Shown: positions 50,901 through 62,694 of the stretch, one piece after another
Layout: every line of letters starts with the position of its first letter
Numbering within the stretch: the stretch's first letter is position 1
From: Takakia lepidozioides
Lineage: Eukaryota > Plantae > Bryophyta
Direction of reading: 5' to 3'
Length of the DNA stretch: 64,000 nt
Assembly: GCA_030704615.1 (NCBI GenBank)
Contig: CM060731.1
Coordinates: 31,868,001-31,932,000, forward strand
The notes under the pieces: generated by a model
Told to the model about the DNA's origin: nothing
The model's input: the letters and a program-made list of their open reading frames with translations, nothing else
The model's database searches: none
Made by a program: the position numbers and the translations under genes

Positions 50901-52905
50901 GAATGTCCAGGGCTGCTCCATCCGAGGTAACATGCGACTGAAGTCAACCAAGAGAAAGCCATAATCATCTCGTTTCATGGTGGCATTCCGGCCCACCATG
51001 TGTGACCTCACCCATCTACACAAGAACAGAATTGGGCGAAGAATTCCGTAATCCAGTTGAATTGTTTCTCTTACAACACCCACATATTCCAATTGGGATA
51101 ACACTCGTCTGGACATACCTCCACTGTTTTCGCTTTCCTGATGGAATACTTGAGCAACTCCAGAATCAAATGTCACCGTGTCTGTGGCGCCAGTCCCATC
51201 ACGTATTGCTCGAAAGTGATTGCCGTAAGCATACGTGGACTTGAGGCCCAAGGACTGTACTGCTGGTGGTATACATAAATGGCATATGTCCAAATCATAG
51301 GACTCGCCTGAACTCACCTTGCGTTGGACAACACCTTCAATCCATTCATGGAATGGAGCCAGTAAGCGCATATCTGTTGGGTATGGAATTTCTCCATTGT
51401 GGTGGTCCTGGTCTTGTCCACAAAGGAATGTTGTTCTGAACTCAGTGCGGGATGCTTCTATGAGTGCCATCTCCTCTTCATAGGCCCTGTCCAAATGAGA
51501 ATTGCAAATTAGGATTACAGCTTATACCATTGGCAGAAATGAAACACACAGGATATGATAAGCAACATACTCAAGGAATGGTTTCATGCAATCTGTGTTG
51601 TGCAAAATATAATCGTGTGCACTGTCTCATTCTTGAATGGTGAGGACTCGTACACTTCCCAATCCTTGAACCACCTCCCCACTAACTGAGTCTTCTTCAT
51701 TGGAGTCCCACACCCTTCGGCTTGTAGCATGAAATTCAGCCATATACTCAGTTAGAAACCCTAGGGCCTCATCCAAAGCATACCCTTCCGCCATGCTCCC
51801 TTCAGGTCGGCTCATATTCCTTACATAGCCTTTTAATGTCTTCATATACCGTTCCATAGGATACATCCAACGGCTAGACACAGGACCACACACCTCCAAT
51901 TCGTCCACAAGGTGTACAAGCAAGTGAGTCATGACATCAAAAAATGACGGAGGGAATTCTTTCTCCAGCAGACACATAGTGATTGTAACATCTTCTTTTA
52001 AGGCCGGTAGCTCAGCTTGATTAATGGTCTTCGCACACATTTTTCGGAAGACTCGAGAAATCCTCATAATTGCCATCGGTGGACCCTTTCCCAATACCCC
52101 TCGAATGCAAAGAGGTAAAATCTGCTGCATCATTACATGATAGTCATGGGTTTTCATCATAGACAGTTTATTGTCAGCCACATGTTTCTGGAATGTGGCA
52201 GCATAACCTGTGGGGGCCTTTACTGCAGCCAACGTTTCCAAAAACAGCACCTTCTCATCTTCAGTAAGAACATATGGGGCCAAAGGCTTCACCAACTTGT
52301 TCGGTTGAGAGGGATGGGGTCTCAACCACAAGTGTTCACGAATGACAATTAGTTTCATATCCTTCCTAGATGTGGCTGTGTCCTTCTCCCCAAGAATGGT
52401 TCTCAGCACATTCTCACACAAAAAAAAATCACAATGCATTACATCCAGTGTGTATCGGATGAGTACGTCTTTCCAGTATGGCAATTGGTTCAAAACAGTG
52501 ACCCGTTTCATGCCATGTTCCTTTGAAGGGTCCTCTTCTCCCCCCTCAGCCCCTCCCATTGCGAGATACAACTCTCTGGTTGTAGCCCGGTCAAATTGCT
52601 CACTTGCAGTGACCACCATAGGAGCTTCTCTATGTTCCACATGTCCATTAAAGTGGGATGAGTTATTCCTGTAGGGATGAACAGCAGGCAAGTATCTCCT
52701 ATGACCAAGATACAAAACCTTTTTGCATGCCTTGGAGTACCTGGAATCAACATTAGGGCCGCAAGCTGGGCAGGCCTTGTATCCCCCGTGTGCGCATCCT
52801 GCTAGCAACCCATAAGCTGGAAAGTCGTGGATTGACCACATCAAGATGGCCCTCATGCGAAATGACTGCTGCCCCACTGGTATGCTTCCATCCAATGCCT
52901 CCACA
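47972..52905 (-). mobile_element. CACTA (En/Spm) transposon copy 1, interrupted within its transposase
   Basis: TIR CACTACTAGAGAAACCGG at 47972. Transposase 3' half lies at 52904-50595 (Tnp2/Transposase_21 C-terminus with DUF4218- and DUF4216-like parts; LDVMHC, RWMYPMERYMKTLK), with a premature stop at 51627. Carries a PPR-derived array. Confidence 0.9.
49281..50128 (-). repeat. PPR-derived tandem array 1: seven 126-bp units (one of 109 bp, last partial)
   Basis: The ATGCTCCCACATTTGG anchor occurs at 49285, 49411, 49520, 49646, 49772, 49898 and 50024. The unit translates VHGFIVKAGIVPDVILNNALVDMYAKCGSIKGKPGSSGKWEE. Confidence 0.95.
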
Positions 52906-54284
52906 CACTACTACAGAAACCGGTTTTTCCAACTCCACCCATAGTTCACACCTGGCACTTTGAACAGCTCCTCTTACACCCATTTGAGAGGAGGCAAGGT
53001 GTGATCTGGACCATTGTAGGAAAAGCCACATGGTGTTACAAATTTCACACTCGAATGACACCCATACGGTCAATGGGTGTTGACCAAGATAATGCATATG
53101 GGGCATTTGACATGAGTGTGAAATGAGTCATGGAGTGTGAGGTTAGTGTGAGATGTCCTATAGGAATTTGGGGCAACTATATGGCATGGCACATTGACCA
53201 TCCAGGTGGAAGATAGATGGATGAAATGACTTCCACCTCTATTCAACATGCCTTGGACGACATAACACATAGACTTTTGTTTAGAGAATTAAAAAGTTCA
53301 AAAAGGTTATTAGGGTTATGGGGTCTGCATGTAGAGGGCTGTGGAACTTGTAGTTTTTCTTTGCCAGCTCATTTAGAATGTGAATGCCCACCAGTGCAGG
53401 CCATCCATTTAAGTTGATGCCAAAATGCATTTTCATCCAAACATCAAAGCTCTCAAAATAGACAACCTCAAGTAAAATGAGAAGGAGATCGGCAGAACCG
53501 AAAGGGCATAGAATTCTCTTCAATATTGAACACTGCCTGCAACTATTGGCTATAACTTGCCCTCTGTCCTGTCACATATAATTCCTTCGGGAACCAGCAA
53601 TCCAAAAAGATGCACTGCTCATGCAGTTGACGACAATATCGTTATGAGAATGTCACACTATAATCAACAATGTACAACAATTGCTTTGAGAAGCTATAGA
53701 TAAAACTACCACATGTCGTCTCAAAGATTTGTGAGCGCCAAAAATGTCAATCCCATTTCTGTCCAGTCAACCTTGACACGCAATTCAGGACACGCAGCGG
53801 AGAGGGCGTAGGCGCATGTGCACATCAACCCTAGGCCCCTCACAATGAGACAGTCTAAAGCTGAGCTGAGCACGAATTTCAATCTCTACTAGTCCAACCG
53901 TACTAGAGAAATATCCAGTGATCCTTAGACAAGGCTTTCTTCGCCACCTTACAAAAATTGTTCCCAATGACTCCCTCCCTGTCCACATTGTTGCTTGATG
54001 TCGAGAAGCTTGGACAAAGTGCCTTGCTCTTTGTGACTGGCTCCCTTTTTGAGACAGCAGGGTTTTTTTTTTACGGGTGTACTTCACTCACAACCGTCTT
54101 TTTTACACTGCGTCCGGGATATCAATGATCGCCCCAGCCTGAATTTTGCCCCACCCTATCGCTTGCCAGTGTTTTTTAACTAGTGCTTTTCAACTCGTCT
54201 GCTGAGGGCCCCACTTTCTCCCCTCTACTGGTACATGTCAAAATCACTCCAAGAGCCATAGTGTTGGAAAACTGCCTTCGCATC

Positions 54285-56775
54285 CTTGATGCTCCCACAT
54301 TTGGCATACATGTCCACGAGGGCATTGTTCAGAATCACAATCAGGTACAATTCCAGCTTTGACAATGAAACCATGGACCTGATCTTCCCTTTTCCAGAGC
54401 TGGCAAGCTTGCCCTTGATGCTCCCATATTTGGCATACATGTCCACGAGGGCATTGTTCAGAATCACCTCAGGTACAATTCCAGCTTTGACAATGAAACC
54501 ATGGACCCCTTCCCTTTTCCAGAGCTGCCAGGCTTGCCCTTCATGCTGACACATTTGGCATACATGTCCACGAGGGCATTGTCCATAATCACATCAGGTA
54601 TAAATCCAGCTTTGACAATGAAACCATGGACCTCTTCCCTTTTCCAGAGCTACCAGGCTTGCCCTTGATGCTCCCACATTTGGCATACATGTCCACGAGG
54701 GCATTGTCCAGAATCACAATCAGGTACAATTCCAGCTTTGACAATGAAACCATGGACCTGATCTTCCCTTTTCCAGAGCTGGTAGGCTTGCCATTGATGC
54801 TCCCACGTTTGGCATACATGTCCACGAGGGCATTGTCCAGAATCACAATCAGGTACAATGCAAGCTTTGACAATGAAACCATAGACCTGATCTTCCATTT
54901 TCCAGAGCTGGCAGGCTTGCCCTTGATGCTCCCACATTTGGCGTACATGTCCACGAGGGCATTGTTCAGAATCACATCAGGTACAATTCCAGCTTTGACA
55001 ATGAAACCATGGACCTCTTCCCTTTTCCAGAGCTGCCAGGCTTGCCCTTCATGTTGACACATTTGGCATACATGTCCACGAGGGCATTGTCCAGAATCAC
55101 ATCAGGTATAATTCCAGCTTTGACAATGAAACCATGGACCTCTTCCCTTTTCCAGAGCTACCAGGCTTGCCCTTGATGCTCCCACAATTGGCATACGTGT
55201 CCACGAGGGCATTGTCCATAATCACAATCAGGCACAACTCCAGCTTTGACAATGAAACCATGGACCTGATCGGAACCTTTTCCAGAGCTGGCAGGCTTGC
55301 CATGGATGCTCCCACGTTTGGCATACATGTCCACGAGGGCATTGTCCAGAATCACAATCAGGTACAATTCCAGCTTTGACAATGAAACCATAGAGCTGAT
55401 CTTCCCTTTTCCAGAGCTGCCAGGCTTGCCCTTGATGCTCCCACATTTGGCGTACATGTCCACGAGGGCTTTGTTTAGAATCACATCAAGTACAATTCCA
55501 GCTTTGACAATGAAACCATGGACCCCTTCCCTTTTCCAGAGCTGCCAGGCTTGCCCTTCATGTTGACACATTTGGCATACATGTCCACGAGGGCATTGTC
55601 CAGAATCACATCAGGTATAATTCCAGCTTTGACAATGAAACCATGGACCTCTTCCTTTTTCCAGAGCTGGCAAGCTTGCCCTTGATGCTCCCACATTTGG
55701 CATACATGTCCACGAGGGCATTGTCCAGAATCACAATCAGGTACAATTCCAGCTTTGACAATGAAACCATGGACCTGATCGGAATCTTTTCCAGAGCTGG
55801 CAGGCTTGCCATTGATGCTCCCACGTTTGGCATACATGTCCACAAGGGCATTGTCCAGAATCACAATCATGTACAATGTAAGCTTTGACAATGAAACCAT
55901 AGAGCTGATCTTCCCTTTTCCAGAGCTGGCAGGCTTGCCCTTCATGCTCCCACATTTGGCATACATGTCCACGAGGGCATTGTCCAGAATCACAATCAGG
56001 TACAATTCCAGCTTAGACAATGAAACCACGGACCTGATCTTCCCTTTTCCAGAGCTGGCAGGCTTGCCCTTGATGCTCCCACATTTGGTATCCCTAAAGC
56101 ATGGACCTAATCTTCCCTTTTCCAGAGCTGCCAGGCTTGCCCTTCATGCTAACACATTTGTCATACATGTCCACGAGGGCATTGTCCAGAATCACATCAG
56201 GTACAATTCCAGCTTTGACAATGAAACCATGGACCCGATCTTCCCTTTTCCAAAGCTGCCAGGCTTGCCCTTCATGCTGAAACATTTGGCATAAATGTCC
56301 ACGAGGGCATTGTCTCGAATCACATCAGGTATAATTCTAGCTTTGACAATGAAACCATGGACCTCTTCCCTTTTCCAAAGCTGCCAGGCTTGCCCTTGAT
56401 GCTCCCACATTTGGCATACTTGACCATGAGGGCATTGTCCACAATCACAATCAGGTACAATTCCAGCTTTGACAATGAAACCATGGACCTGATCTTCCCT
56501 TTTCCAGAGTTGGCAGGCTTGCCCTTGATGCTCCCACATTTGGCATACATATCCACAAGGGCATTGTTCAGAATCACATCAGGTACAATTTCAGCTTAGA
56601 CAATGAAACCATGGACCTGATCTTCCCTTTTCCAGAGCTGCCAGGCTTGCCCTTGATGCTCCCACGTTTGGCATACATGTCCACGAGGGCATTGTTCAGA
56701 ATCACGTCAAATACAATTCCAGCTTTGACAATGAAACCATGGACCTCTTCCCTTTTCCAGAGCTGCCAGGCTTGC
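54285..56775 (-). repeat. PPR-derived tandem array 2: ~20 units of 125-130 bp with higher-order structure
   Basis: Anchors at 54289, 54418, 54543, 54668, 54797, 54926, 55051, 55176, 55306, 55435, 55560, 55685, 55815, 55944, 56073, 56146, 56274, 56399, 56528 and 56656. Confidence 0.95.
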
Positions 56776-57490
56776 ACACGCGCTGCAAACGCACACAAAT
56801 GTGTTGTGGTCGGGCTTCATCCCTTCCCCCATCATTTGGTCATGATAGGTCTCCAAAGGCTCCATCCCACTTCACTGCTGTGCACATCCTGCAAGCATCG
56901 CGCTCCACGACACCACATCTTGTTCAGCCATAGTGTTGAACACTCCCTCCGCATCCTCAATGCTCTCACATATATTTGGCATACATGTCCACGAGGGCAT
57001 TGTTCAGAATCGCATCTGTTACAATTCCAGCTTTGGTGATGCAACCATGCACCACTTTGCCCTTTTGCAGGGCTGCCAGACTTGCACGCGCACTACAAAC
57101 GCACAATCTTGTTCAGCCATAGTGTTGAACACTCCTTTCGCATCCTCAATGCTCCCACATTTGGCATACATGTGTCCACCAGAGCAGTCATGTTCAGGAT
57201 GACATCTGGTACAATTGCAAATTGCCACGATGGATCTCTTTGCCCTTTTCCAGGGCTGCCAGGCTCCCACACTCACTGCCAACACACACAAATGTTATGT
57301 GGTCGGGCTTCACCCTTCCCCCATCATTTGCTCATAGGTCTCCAAAGCCTCCATCCCATGCCCCTCCAAGCATCGCACTCCACGACACCACATCTCGTTT
57401 AGCCATAGTGTTGAACACTCCCTTGGCATCCTCGATGCACCCACATTTGGCATATATTACCACCAGGGCAGTGTTCAAAATGACATCTGA
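56776..57490 (-). pseudogene. Unamplified captured PLS-PPR gene fragment inside CACTA copy 2
   Basis: Reverse strand reads DVILNTALVVIYAKCG.IEDAKGVFNTMAKRDVVSWSAM, EGVKPDHITFVCV..SLAALEKGKEIH and EGMKPDHNTFVCVCSACASLAALEKG, running directly into array 2. Frameshifted. Confidence 0.9.
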
Positions 57491-58292
57491 TAATCTGCCA
57501 GGCATTCACCTTTTTGCCTCGGTTGTCCCACCATTGACTGGATCAGAAAAGTATTCATTCCACACCTTCTCCTCATCTCTTGTACCTGTTTTTGGATACT
57601 TTCCTGTTGTCACATTGGCAGTATCATGTCAAAGTCACTCCAATCTATCAAAGATTCACTCAACCAGCTACCTTGCAATTCAACATGGAAATTTAGGGCT
57701 GATTCTGATAAGGGGAAAAACAGGCTGAAATGTGTTGAAGAAGGTGCCATCATCGCCTGATTTTACCAATTGTGCCGCTGCTGCTGCGGCTTCAAGTTGA
57801 CCATCTACCCATGCAGGTTTCTTGTAGCTATCCTTCCACAAGGAATCATACGCAATGTTGTGCTTGAAATGTGGCCCTCTTGGATGAATCTGGACCCACT
57901 CTCTATCCCTGCTCCTTCAACTATCCATGCCTCTGCACAAATCATGCATACATCTTTGCCTTGCTGGTAGCAACTGACAATAACAGCCTACATTTGTTCT
58001 AGGAAACACCCAACTCAACTTCTCACACTAGTTCCTATGCTCAATTGCATTTGCTACTCTCTATAATCCAACATGCATTCACCTTTTTGCCACAATTGGG
58101 CCACCATTGACTAGGGTCAGAAAAGTATGCAGGCCACAACTCCATGACTATTTAGGGTTCACTGTCACAAATGAAAGTGTGTTTGTCAGAATTCTGCCCA
58201 CCCCAACAGCTCAGTCACTCCCACCCATGCAAGGTACCATGCTGTATCAAGTCTAAACCCTGGAAAAATACATGCAATAGCAAAAACCAACT

Positions 58293-61200
58293 CTAGACCA
58301 TAGCACAACTGGCCTGGTACCTCCCATGTGGAGCTTGCCTCCGCCTTCTACCATTTCGCCTCCGCCTTGCAAGTGCATTCAAGTTGGCAATGGCCAATTC
58401 ATCTGCCTCACTCAAAAGAACACAAACAGCAAGCTCAGTCATGATGTTATGAGGAATTTCAGGAGGCACCATGCCTACATAAGTGTCTCCCTCACCCAGT
58501 GCCACTTCTGTAATATCGTGAACCACTCGTCGGGATCGAGGGTCCTTGTGAAGGACCACCTTCCAGTTCCCTCGTGAACTTTTTTCATCCGAGAAAAAAA
58601 CTTGCTCCACCTGACTAGGGAATGTCCAGGGCTGCTCCATCCGAGGTAACATGCGACTGAAGTCAACCAAGAGAAAGCCATAATCATCTCGTTTCATGGT
58701 GGCATTCCGGCCCACCATGTGTGACCTCACCCATCTACACAAGAACAGAATTGGGCGAAGAATTCCATAATCCAGTTGAATTATTTCTCTTACAACACCC
58801 ACATATTCCAATTGGGATAACACTCGTTTGGACATACCTGCTCTATTTTTGCTTTCCTGATAGAATACTTGAGCAACTCCAGAATCAAATGTCACCGTGT
58901 CGATGGCACCAGTCCCATCACGTATTGCTCGAAAGTGATTGCCGTAAGCATACATGGACTTGAAGCCCAAGGACTGTACTGTTGGTGGTATACATAAATG
59001 GCATATGTCCAAATCATAGGACTCACCTGAACTCACCTTGCGTTGGACAGCACCTTCAATCCATTCATGGAATGGAGCCAGTAAGCGCATATCTGTTGGG
59101 TATGGAATTTCTCCATTGTGGTGGTCTTGGTCTTGTCCACAAAGGAATGTTGTTCTGAACTCAGTGCGGGATGCTTCTATGAGTGCCATCTCCTCTTCAT
59201 AGGCCCTGTCCAAATGAGAATTGCAAATTAGGATTACAGCTTATACCATTGGCAGAAATGAAACACACAGGATATGATAAGCAACATACTCAAGGAATGG
59301 TTTCATGCGATTTGTGTTGTGCAAAATATACTCGTGTGCACTGTCTCGTTCTTGAATGGTGAGGACTCGTACACTTCCCAATCCTTGAACCACCTCCCCA
59401 CTAACTGAGTCTTCTTCATTGGAGTCCCACACCCTTCGGCTTGTAGCATGAAATTCAGCCATATACTCAGTTAGAAACCCTAGGGCCTCATCCAAAGCAT
59501 ACCCTTCCGCCATGCTCCCTTCCTTACATAGCCTTTTAATGTCTTCATATACCGTTCCATAGGATACATCCAACGGCTAGACACGGGACCACACACCTCC
59601 AATTCGTCCACAAGGTGTACAAGCAAGTGAGTCATGATATCAAAAAATGACGGAGGGAATTCTTTCTCCACCAGACACATAGTGATTGTAACATCTTCTT
59701 TTAAGGCCGGTAGCTCAGCTGGATTAATGATCTTTGCATACACTTTTCGGAAGACTCGAGAAAGCCTCATAATTGCCATCGGTGGACCCTTTCCCAATAC
59801 CCCTCGAATGCAAAGAGGTAAAATCTGCTGCATCATTACATGGTAGTCATGGGTTTTCATTGTAGACAGTTTATTGTCAGCCACATGTTTCTGGAATGTG
59901 GCAGCATAACCTGTGGGGGCCTTTACTGCAGCCAACGTTTCCAAAAACAGCACCTTCTCATCTTTAGTAAGAACATATGGGGCCAAAGGCTTCACCAAAT
60001 TGTTCGGGTGAGAGGGATGGGGTCTCAACCACAAGTGTTCACGAATGACATTTAGTTCCATATCCTTCCTAGATGTGGCTGTGTCCTTCTCCCCAAGAAT
60101 GGTTCTCAGCACATTCTTACACAAATGTTTTTCACAATGCATCACATCCAGTGTGTATCGGATGAGTACGTCTTTCCAGTATGGCAATTGGTTCAAAACA
60201 GTGACCCGTTTCATGCCATGTTCCTTTGAAGGGTCATGTTTTCCCCCCTCAGCCCCTCCCATTGCGAGATACAACTCTCTGGTTGTAGCCCGGTCAAATT
60301 GCTCACTTGCAGTGACCACCATAGGAGCTGCTCTATGTTCCACATGTCCATTAAAGTGGGACGAGTTATTCCTATAGGGATGAACAGCAGGCAAGTATCT
60401 CCTATGACCAAGATACAAAACCTTTTTGCATGCCTTGGAGTACCTGGAATCAACATTAGGGCCGCAAGCTGGGCAGGCCTTGTATCCCCGTGTGCGCATC
60501 CTGCTAGCAACCCATAAGCTGGAAAGTCGTGGATTGACCACATCAAGATGGCCCTCATGCGAAATGCATGTTGCCCCACTAGGCTACTTCCATCCAATGC
60601 CTCCACACCAATTTCCCACAACAATTTCAGCTCATCCACAAGGGGCTGCAGATAAACATCTGCATTGTCATTTCCCACAGATTGTGGTCCAGGAATCAAT
60701 AAAGCCAACATCGTGAAAAATGGCTTAGTACACAGCCGATTATAGTTTACCAACATGACAGGCCAAGTTGACCATTTGTTTGATTTATCACTGTGAGGAT
60801 TGACACCATCCCATGCGAGACCCAATCGCAGATTTCTGGGGTCCGCTGCAAACTCAGGCCATTTTTGGTCAATGTGGGCCCAAGCCTTGTTGTCTGCTGG
60901 GTGCCTAACCAAGCCATCCTGACTTCGATTCTTAAAGTGCCATGACATTAACTCTGAGATGGATTTGGCTTTATACATTCGAAGCAGCCTTGGAATGATA
61001 GGGAAATGTCGAAGGACCTTACGAGGTACTGGTGTCTTCGTACCCACCACATAACGACGTGCCTGACATTTTGGACAAACCTCCAAATTCTGAAGCTCCC
61101 TTTTGAACAACACACAACCTTTCGGACATGCATGTATACTCTCGTAATGAAGCCCGAGTTCCATTATGAGTTGTTTTGCCTCATAGTGGGACTTTGGCAG

Positions 61201-62072
61201 GCAATTGTCTGCTGGCAACAGTTGTCTTCCTAACAATGTAAGGAGTTCATCGACAAAGGTGTTTGACACACCATGGGTTTGACAAGCATTTAACAGCAGT
61301 AAGGTAGCAGACAATCGAGAGGAAGAACTCCCTACATATAAAGCCCTGGATGCCTTGTGCTCAAAATGTAAGGCACTCGCTGCACCACGATCACCATCGC
61401 TCTTCAGTCCACCATCAGTTTGCTCTGGCACTCCATCTATGTCCCATTGGCCCTGTGTTCCATCTCCCGGTTCCTCATGTGCATCACCAGTTTGCACCCC
61501 ATTATCTATAGTTGCGAATGTCTCCCAGAGCATTCTAAGCATGTCAAGATTACGATCCAAGGTATCAGAACCACCTGCAGGGCTGGTTTCCGTTCTAAAC
61601 CCCTCATGTTCGTCTCCAGAGTTTTCCTGCTTAGTACATATCAGACGCCACGTGTCAATCCACTATAAGATGGGGAGTTTTTTCATTTGCAATAGTGGCT
61701 GTGGAACGTGCCATTATACAGCCACGTGGCAATAGGAAAACGGGCATGTACAATATTCTACACCTTACAACAATACCACTACAGGAATTTGAACTGTTTC
61801 TTATAATTTCAAAGTATGCATGTGCAAAGGGAAGAGAATCCAGAGATATGCACCGGGAGTTCTTGTAAGTTAGGATCTCGCAAGTTCAAAAGCACATGAC
61901 GCTTAGCCCGGCCAATGGTTTGCCAGTTCCCACCATGACAGGCATTGCATGGACATAGAATTTTCCGAAGACCCAGTCTTCTTGCTCGCGCTTCCTCTAG
62001 TTTCCACAGTCTGTCATCGTCATGTTCTGCTTGTGTCCGCCATTGCAATCGACAGGCAGTAGGAGGGATCAT
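58293..62072 (-). pseudogene. CACTA TnpD-like transposase of copy 2 (full-length, spliced, disrupted)
   Basis: Exon 62072-~61855 carries a transposase-associated CPCxxC..H domain. The large exon has IHACPKGC, LRHFPIIPRL, DPRNLRLGLAWDGVNP, DFPAYG and LDVMHCEK. A 1-nt deletion at ~60487 and a 16-nt deletion at ~59520 relative to copy 1 shift the frame. Last exon ~59205-58293. Confidence 0.92.
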
Positions 62073-62101
62073 CTTGGCGAGTGAGCGAGACTTGTCAGAA
62101 A

Positions 62102-62694
62102 ATGGAGACCCAAATAGAGTGTCCAGAAGTTACACCAGGGCGCAAGCCTACAGCGAGGGAGGTAGAACGAGCAAAGCGTCAAGCGGAGAACAAGACATTC
62201 TTTGCATGGCTCAAGATCTACGACATTGCAAAGAGGTCCGAACTTCCGTTTTTTTCATATCCCCTACCTAGCCCTAGCCATGAAACGGCATTAAAAGCTC
62301 CAAACCTGCAGAGAGGATATGATAGGGTTTTGCAGCTGTTGACTTTGTCTTTCTTCTTCTTTGCAGCGTCGAAGAGAGCTTGAGTCGCCCTAAGCCCCTC
62401 GTTGAGGAAATCCTCAAACACACAGGTCCTCCTCACCGAAGTCACAGAGTTCAACTCCTGCACTCTGAAATGTCACAACGGGAGAAAGAGGTAGAGCAAG
62501 AGGAGGAAGCGCAGGTTCAAGCGGAGTCAGACACAGAGGAGGCACGAGAGCAAGAATTGCAGCGAGACCAAGATTATGCCGCACATGAAGACTTGAATGA
62601 GACCAGCTCGGAGTCAGAGATGGAAACGATGAAAGAAGCCCCAACAAAGACAAAGCGCGCAAAGCACCCTGCAAACTCCCCAACCCATCAGCAG
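62102..62694 (+). CDS. Divergent spliced second ORF of the CACTA element (acidic/coiled-coil, function unknown; partial)
   Basis: Exon 62102-62235 (METQIECPEV..FFAWLKIYDIAK), a GT..TTTGCAG intron, then exon 62367-62694 in frame (SVEESLSRPKPLVEEILK..EQEEEAQ..). Downstream exons are unclear. Confidence 0.5.

Noticed and set aside
49281-56775. Tandem arrays as a CRISPR-like repeat-spacer system
   Set aside because: Units are homologous along their whole length with no unique spacers, derive from PPR coding sequence, and no cas-like genes are present.
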